From NCBI RefSeq assembly GCF_009914755.1, contig NC_060933.1: a stretch of DNA of 64,000 bases; one strand, given 5' to 3'. Numbering within the stretch: the stretch's first letter is position 1; each line of letters opens with the position of its first letter. The DNA comes from the human T2T-CHM13v2.0 reference genome, Homo sapiens. The position numbers and the translations under genes are program-made. The notes beneath the pieces were generated by a model. It saw only the letters and a list, made by a program, of their open reading frames with translations, was not told the DNA's origin and did no database searches. This document shows, in pieces, positions 57,061-64,000 of this stretch.

Positions 57061-59067
57061 TTTAGAAATCTTTGATTCTTTTTTTCCAGCAAATGTTTAT
57101 CAAGTGCCAGTCTCTGTACTAGATTCTGGAAATAGGAAGGTCATCAAAGTGGCATGGGCAGTTCTCATGTGGTGGTTTCCATGACACCCTATGAAAGTTA
57201 GAAGAAACCGGGATTAAGAAAAAAAGGAATGAAGAAAAAAGAGTGTGTTTGAGGTACTCTCCTGGCACTCTCCTTTCAAAAGAGCAACTTTGCATTAAAT
57301 TCCCAGGAGAGCCAGTAGTAGGTCCCAACATCCTCCCTCCACCAAAGGTGCTGTCCTCTGGTGATGGAGTTGACTGCCAATGGGTTGACAAAAAATCCCA
57401 GGCAGTAAGCCCTGTATAATGCCCTGCAGCTGTAGTTTTCATGCTTTCTCCAACTCCCTTGAACTAGGGACATCTTGGACTGGTGCAGCCTAGTTAGCTT
57501 TCACATTTTCCTTTGAGGAAAACTAGTTGAGTAAATGCGTCTTTTATGAGGCTTGCTTTTCTATCAGCATTTGGTTTTTATGTATTCAAACTTTCCTCTA
57601 ATATGCATAATTGCTGAAAGAAAAGGGCTGTGGAGCAGCCATGAATTATGGCTTTTATGAGAATGAACATTGCAGTTAATGTTGCAAGACAGCTTCCATT
57701 ATAATCCTGTTTTCACATCCTTGTGATTTTTTTAGGGGGGCTGGGAAAGAGGAAGAATTTTCGTTTGAGCTAAAATTTTCCATGGTTTGACTCAGCCCAA
57801 GGAGATTTTCAAAAATGAAACATTTTCACAAACGTTTCCATTTATTTTTGAGTTATTGTATTTGGAAAATGCTGTTCATTTTTACTCCAAGTATTATTAA
57901 TGCATAAAATGTTCCAAGTATGAATGGTTATTAAAACTTCAGTCATCACATGCCACTTGTGTCAGGAATTTCATCTGAGCAAGATTTAAAAGAATTATAA
58001 TTGCCAAGGACTAGCTTCCTTCTTTTTATAACTATATTGAAGCATTTAGTGCAAAAATGCCTAGAATTTTTCATTATTTTCATAATATCATTGTAATGCC
58101 TACTTAGCACAGAGCTTTTCAGAGAAAATAAATAGATTACTTTTACTATTTTTGAATTTATGATGAACTCTAAAGTGACAAAATACATTTCAAAATAATT
58201 TCTATACTTATTGAACTATGTTAATTAAGCTTTTAATTTTTTAGCTTACGTCTGTTTTAAGTGTGTCCATTGTAAATTGCACATTGATGAAACTTCAAAA
58301 ATCCTATCATTTTTTATTTTCTCTGTCCTGTGACAGATAAAATACTTTTTAAAATAATGTTGCTTTCCTAGTAAAACCAACTTTTAGGGAGTGGAATGAT
58401 TAATACTCACCCTAAAACCAAAAACCATTTTTTCCTGTATCTAAGAACTGCTATTTAGAACTTTAGGCACATATTTAAGTATTTTGTTCTCTTGGTTTGT
58501 GTCTCCACTTTGTTTTCACCTTCCACTTATTATTGATACAATTTGATATTCTGAAACATAATCTTTCTTGTATCTATTTTCCATTTTATATGTATGATTG
58601 ATAACTTATATTTAACTATGCTAAAACTCTATTGTATGTGTACCTCATCACTAAGCTGAAAAAATATTGTCAAGTGTAATACAAATGAAAATTGTATTAT
58701 CGCTGAAAATAATAATATAATTTAATTGTTTGAAGTAATATTGAAATATTTAGAGCTGACTTGTGTGGTTAGGAGCTCTTTCTGGGCTTTTCCATTTGGT
58801 GGCAATCTTTGTATTCTCCAAAATGAATTACATCTTTAGCAGGTAAATATTTCACATTGAATCCTCTTGGTCTCTTTTAAAATTGTGTACCTATTTTTTC
58901 ATTCAATACAGTGTTTTATTATCTTATCTGATTTTGTCATCTTAATTAGTTACCTTTTGAATATTATCTTACAGTCTTTGAATCTTAAGTTTTTTTTTCT
59001 TGTGACTGAAGAGGAGGCATTTTATAGAAAATGGCTTTATGTTTTATCATTACAAATTCTGCTCTGG

Positions 59068-59270
59068 TACATACACATGCACATATATATACCTATGCAC
59101 ACACATATCAAATATACATATGTACTATATTATACATGCTTTATATTTTCCATTATATATTATACATAATATACATGTATGATATACAAATACTCTATGT
59201 TATATACTGTATATAACATATGCATATCATATATATGTGTAACATAATGTGAAATTTACATACATATTTC
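59068..59270. repeat. TA/CA-rich degenerate simple repeat
   Basis: Alternating purine-pyrimidine low-complexity sequence (tacatacacatgcacatatatatac...). Confidence 0.8.
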
Positions 59271-61344
59271 TTGTTGATGTCTAGTCTATGTTATTTTATA
59301 CAAATTATTTTCTGATCGTTTCCCACTTTTTCCTCTCATATATCCACACAGCTCTTCCTATCATTCAGAGGGAGACTGATTCCCTGTGTACTCCCTTCAA
59401 GGTCTCTTTTTTTTTCCTCATTTACTTTATCTGCCTATTAAGAGAGATTTCCTCTCCTCTTTTCCTTCATAATTTTAATTCATCATTCAGAATTCATGTT
59501 TTCTTCCTCAAGGAGGCTTTCTCTGACTGTGTTCCTCACATCAAGCCCAGTTTGCCAGGTTCCTGTTAATATATTTGGGATAATATTCCATTCTTCATCG
59601 TAACACTCATCTCATGGGTATGGTCATTTAAGGTCTAATTATCTTGCTAAAGTGTAAGATTTTGGAAATGGCGGGTAGGGATCTGACTTGTCTGCTATTG
59701 TATTCCTAGCCTTTATCTTAATGGCAAACAGACAAAATATATATGGTGACATATATATTTATGGAATTGATGGGTGAATGAATTTCCTTCCTGCCATTCT
59801 CATTTAAAAAGTAATTTGTATACTTAAAGTCATTAGTCAATATGACTAGGCATTCAATATAGTTTTTCCTATAATTGCTATAGAGGACAGGTTAATTACA
59901 GTACTCAATGGCTGAAAGCATTTCAACAACTTTTGCCCATGGGGAGCTATAATTTCAGCTTAAGATATCATAAACCACTCAAAGATTTCATGTAGTTACC
60001 AGAGCCTTGGGCTAAAATTATAATCCTGAAAACCTTCGCTGCCTATTAGTCATTTGGTACATGACATAAAGCAAAATATATTCTGCAATTTTGGACTTCA
60101 GTTTGGCTCTCAGTAGACTGACTACTTGATTTCATATTTGACCTGCAAGATATTCAGCTCCTTGAAAGTTAAACCATCTAAAAACTTATGGTAATTCACA
60201 AGTACTAGATGTGCATTGAACAGTAATTAAGTGAGCATATTATGAATTTCTTTTTCTGATAATTGTTCTTCTCAAACTACACTCTCAAAATGCTGAGCAA
60301 AGCTTTGAGAGCTGTAAGCATTCCTATCATTGTATGCTTAATATGTTTTTGAATATAGTTTAATATGAGGCAGCACATTGTCCCAAAAATTATGATGGAT
60401 CTGAAATTAAAACTTGGGTTCAAGTAGCAGCTTGATCCTTGGAAAAATCACTTAACTCCTCTGAGCCTCAGTCTCCTCCAACAGCAGATGCATTTTCTGC
60501 TTCACAAAGATGTAGGGAATCAATTGAGGTGATGAAGTGAAAGTGTTTGGGAGGCAATGAAGGACTTTACAAATGATGTGTGTCATAATTATTTGTCATA
60601 TTAGTGAAGCAAAATAGTCATTTTCTAAAAGCTTGTAAAAATGAAAAGAAAATAATGGGATTAGGATAAAAGACTTGTATTTTCAGTATGTAATACTTTT
60701 TCCACTTAACAGCTTTCAATTGCAGATGAGAGGCCTGTGTAAAAGTGTGCAGATGATAAAATTATGTGAATACAGGGGCAGCACCTTTCATTTCTTCAGA
60801 GAAGCTGGGAAGAGTGATTTGTGAACTGATTTACAAAATGTGAAGAACAGAGTGAGAAATGGGTTAATAATGGTTCAACAAAGAAGCTGATAAAGCTGCT
60901 TACTATCTCCACAGGGGAAAGAACAAGGGTAAAAGGCTTGCAAAAGGAATTTTTTCTGAAATTCTTTAGAGGATAGACTGATTTGTGCTGGTTTGGCACA
61001 AAGGTAGCATAGATCAGTTTAGCAGGGGGTGGGAGAATTCTGGGTGAGCAATGAAAAAGATAATTGTGTAGGTCCATTATCCAAGATGTCAACCAGCTGG
61101 GCTAAAATTGTAGCTGGCAAGCTAGGACTCTGAGTCAAAGCATCTCCCAGATGCTGGGAGAAGGCCAGAGCTAAGCAGGATGACAGTATGGAAGTCAATG
61201 GAACATTAAGCTTGTTAAGAGGGAAGAGAACCAATTGTTAGATGTAGTCCTAGAATGTCAGATTCAAGAGTGAAAGATAAGAGTGGGGCCAGCAGCAGTA
61301 GTGATCTGATGTTGGATCATATGGAAACTGACCTATAGCTTTGC

Positions 61345-61515
61345 TTCTCTGATTGTATTGTGCAGAATACACCTAGGGATCTTGTTAAAATGCAGATTCT
61401 GGTTTAGTAGGTCTAGGGCAGAGCCTGACATTGGGTCTGAGATTCTACATTTCTGACAAGCTCCTGGAGTTGCCAGAACTGCTTGTCCTTGAACCAAACT
61501 TCTGAAGAGAAAGGA
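61345..61515 (+). mobile_element. MER5A
   Basis: cacctagggatcttgttaaaatgcagattctggtttagtaggtctagggcagagcctga...catttctgacaagctcc. Confidence 0.8.
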
Positions 61516-62904
61516 TCCAGATATAGCATCTTAAATTCTCCCTAAGATAGAACAGGATTGGTTCCTGAGCCTTGTTGGGGAAACACAAGGAAAAAGTCAG
61601 TGCTTGAAAATGAGGGAGAAGCAGCTTCACCTATGAGGAGTAGAGAGCGACAGGGATTTGAATCTTGGCAGGAAGCTGTGCCAGTTGCCTTTTTTTCTGG
61701 TTTCTTCTTCTATAGATCTGATAATTTGTGTCTTCTCCCTGAAATTCATCAAACCGCCCAGTGATATATATTCCCCTTGTTCCCTATGTAAGCAAAATCA
61801 TCTCGTCTAAATTAATAACCCATATAGAAAACAGGAGTATCATCTCTTTCAGATAACGTTTGTCTTACGTTGAAATGTAAGCAGTATATGTAGGGGCCTT
61901 CTGGAGAAAAAATTTCTTAATTCCAAGAAATGACTGTTGGGGGTACTTCCAGAATATGTGGCAGGAAGAAGATTTGAGGTGCCTCTGATATCTTTATATT
62001 CTAGTGGTGAGCAACCCTGTTTCATGAGTGCCAATTCAGTAAAACAAAAAATGTTAGTACAATGGTTTTATGTGGAATTTTATTATAGATTCATATTTTG
62101 TACAATCTACTTTTTAATTTGATAATTCACAACCTGCTCAATTTCTTTCCTTAACACTAATACCATATTCCGATGAAGAAATGTACTTTGCTTTATTTAA
62201 CCCAGCTACTCTTGGTGACTATGGATTATTTCTAGCCTTTCAATAATGTAAACAGTATTTCAATGAACAGGGAAGGACTTAATGCTTTGAGCAAAATTTA
62301 TGTGAGTTAAGCATTAGCAGTGCTGAAGGTAGAGTGGAGTAACGATGAAGAGATTTAACAGTGGGGATATTAATTGTCACCATAGTTCATACTGAGACAC
62401 TACAGCTTCATTTGGAGATGTCTAACTGCAGGGGAGAAAGAGAAGGAAGGGAAGCTGCCATTTCACAGGGGGTGGTGGCAGGAGAGTGGGGCAGCATCTG
62501 AGACTGACAGCATGCCACAGAGGTGGTGGATGGAAGACACTATGCAGATAAGCAACTTCTTCTTTTTATTTATTAAGTATCCAGAGGATATATTCTTGCC
62601 ACAGTACTTCCTTGGGAAAGGGAGTAGTGATGGTAATGGTGGTGGAGGTGTGGGAGTTATTCCTGCCTGCATCTGTGTCTCTTTCGCTTCTTCATCCCAG
62701 ACTGAATCCTGTACCATTTGTGCAAAGATTCAAATATCACAGCCTTAGCAGCAGTCTCTGCTCTTCAGTCATGTTTGTGGTATGAGCAGCTTTTGCAGCC
62801 TAAGTCCAGAGGTGAGGAAAGGACTTGTTGGAATAAATCAGGTAGGGGAGAACATTTTTACTGCATGTGTTAATGAAATAGTGAGTAGGAATAATTTATC
62901 ATCA

Positions 62905-63095
62905 GATATTGTTGGGTATGAATCCTGCCTTTACCTTTTATTAGCTATATGGCTTTGGACAAGTCATCTACCTTCTTTTAGCCCAATTTCCTCATCTGTA
63001 TGGATGCAGTAAAGTTTAAGTGAGGAAAATTCAATTTAAAGCAGATAGCATAGTCCCTAGACTATAGCAGGTATGTAATACATGTTAATTATGTT
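62905..63095 (+). mobile_element. MIR
   Basis: gaatcctgcctttacc...ttggacaagtca...tttcctcatctgta. Confidence 0.7.
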
Positions 63096-63530
63096 ATTTG
63101 TTGACATTGACATTTTTATTTTCTGTTCCTGAAATTATATCTATGGTCTTACCATGAAGTGAAATAAGTCTTTTATCACCTTTAGGCTAATGGTTAATCA
63201 TCATTTAAAACACAAACCATAGGAGATAAATATATACCCATATTCATTTACATTCTTATTTGCCAATTGATTTACCTCCATTAATTATATGCCTTCAGGT
63301 CATGCACAGAAAAAAACCTAGTTGAAATATAATTTAAGGAAACATTGATAGGTTTTGTTTGGTTGGCATTGTTAAAATTTTCTGTTTTTTTGGCATTTTT
63401 TAGGCAGCAGTTTTTTGATAGAATATCATGGTAAACTCACTTCTTGAGTTTGAAAAATATTAATAGATTCTGACAAAATATTCTGAAAGTAAGCTATGAA
63501 TAACATCATATATTTTATATACATGTTATT

Positions 63531-63584
63531 TGTCTATCTATCTGTCTATCTGTCTATCTATCTATCTATCTATGTATCTATCCA
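63531..63584. repeat. Compound (TCTG/TCTA)n STR
   Basis: tgtctatctatctgtctatctgtctatctatctatctatctatgtatctatcca. Confidence 0.9.
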
Positions 63585-64000
63585 TGCAATTGGCTGGAGT
63601 AGGCTTGTATTCAGTTGTGATTGAGAAAATTGAGTCCTAGCTGGCCAAATTTCCCATACTGAGTTCACAACAGACCTGAACTCTGTTAAGATTCTTGGCT
63701 TGCCACTGGATACACCAGTGGTTGAATCACACTAGCTTCTGATCTGATTAGGGATCAAAATATCAAGTTGAGGCTAAATCATAAAAATCCAACTTTCAAC
63801 TTAATTTATTTACACTGTGCCTGTGGAGCTAAAATACGTATATTTTAGACACAAAAGGAGCCCTCTTGGGGGACTACCTGCAACTTCATACACAGATAAA
63901 TATTTATTGAGCATGAAAATAAGATTCTTCACAGAGCAAACCATCATTAACTTAGTTCTCTGTATTCCAAATGTGAGTCCATTTAACCTACATGAACTTT

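Overview
Human (primate) genomic DNA lying entirely inside the minus-strand GRIN3A gene (NMDA receptor subunit GluN3A). Three coding exons are visible: 33048-33193 (146 nt), 28110-28225 (116 nt) and 18155-18306 (152 nt). They have GT-AG borders and compatible phases, and together encode the S2 half of the glycine-binding domain. From memory these are exons 4-6. The remaining >99% is intron filled with Alu, L1, L2, MIR, MaLR LTRs, hAT DNA-transposon relics and microsatellites. I see no new gene, RNA gene or CRISPR-like system. The most interesting signals are mechanistic scars and RNA-processing candidates: (1) an AluS insertion carrying a ~85-bp fold-back copy of its own flank plus a palindromic filler; (2) a mosaic AluY/AluYb8 that looks gene-converted, with an L1PA2 inserted in its target-site duplication (TSD); (3) a 75-bp templated insertion copied from 1.15 kb away; (4) two twin-primed L1s; (5) an AATAAA+(UG)19 candidate intronic poly(A) site behind the weak exon-5 donor; (6) a frame-symmetric 414-nt exon 4-6 block flanked by inverted repeats; (7) a strong CTCF motif. 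Repeat subfamily names come from recalled consensus sequences and edges of old repeats are approximate.
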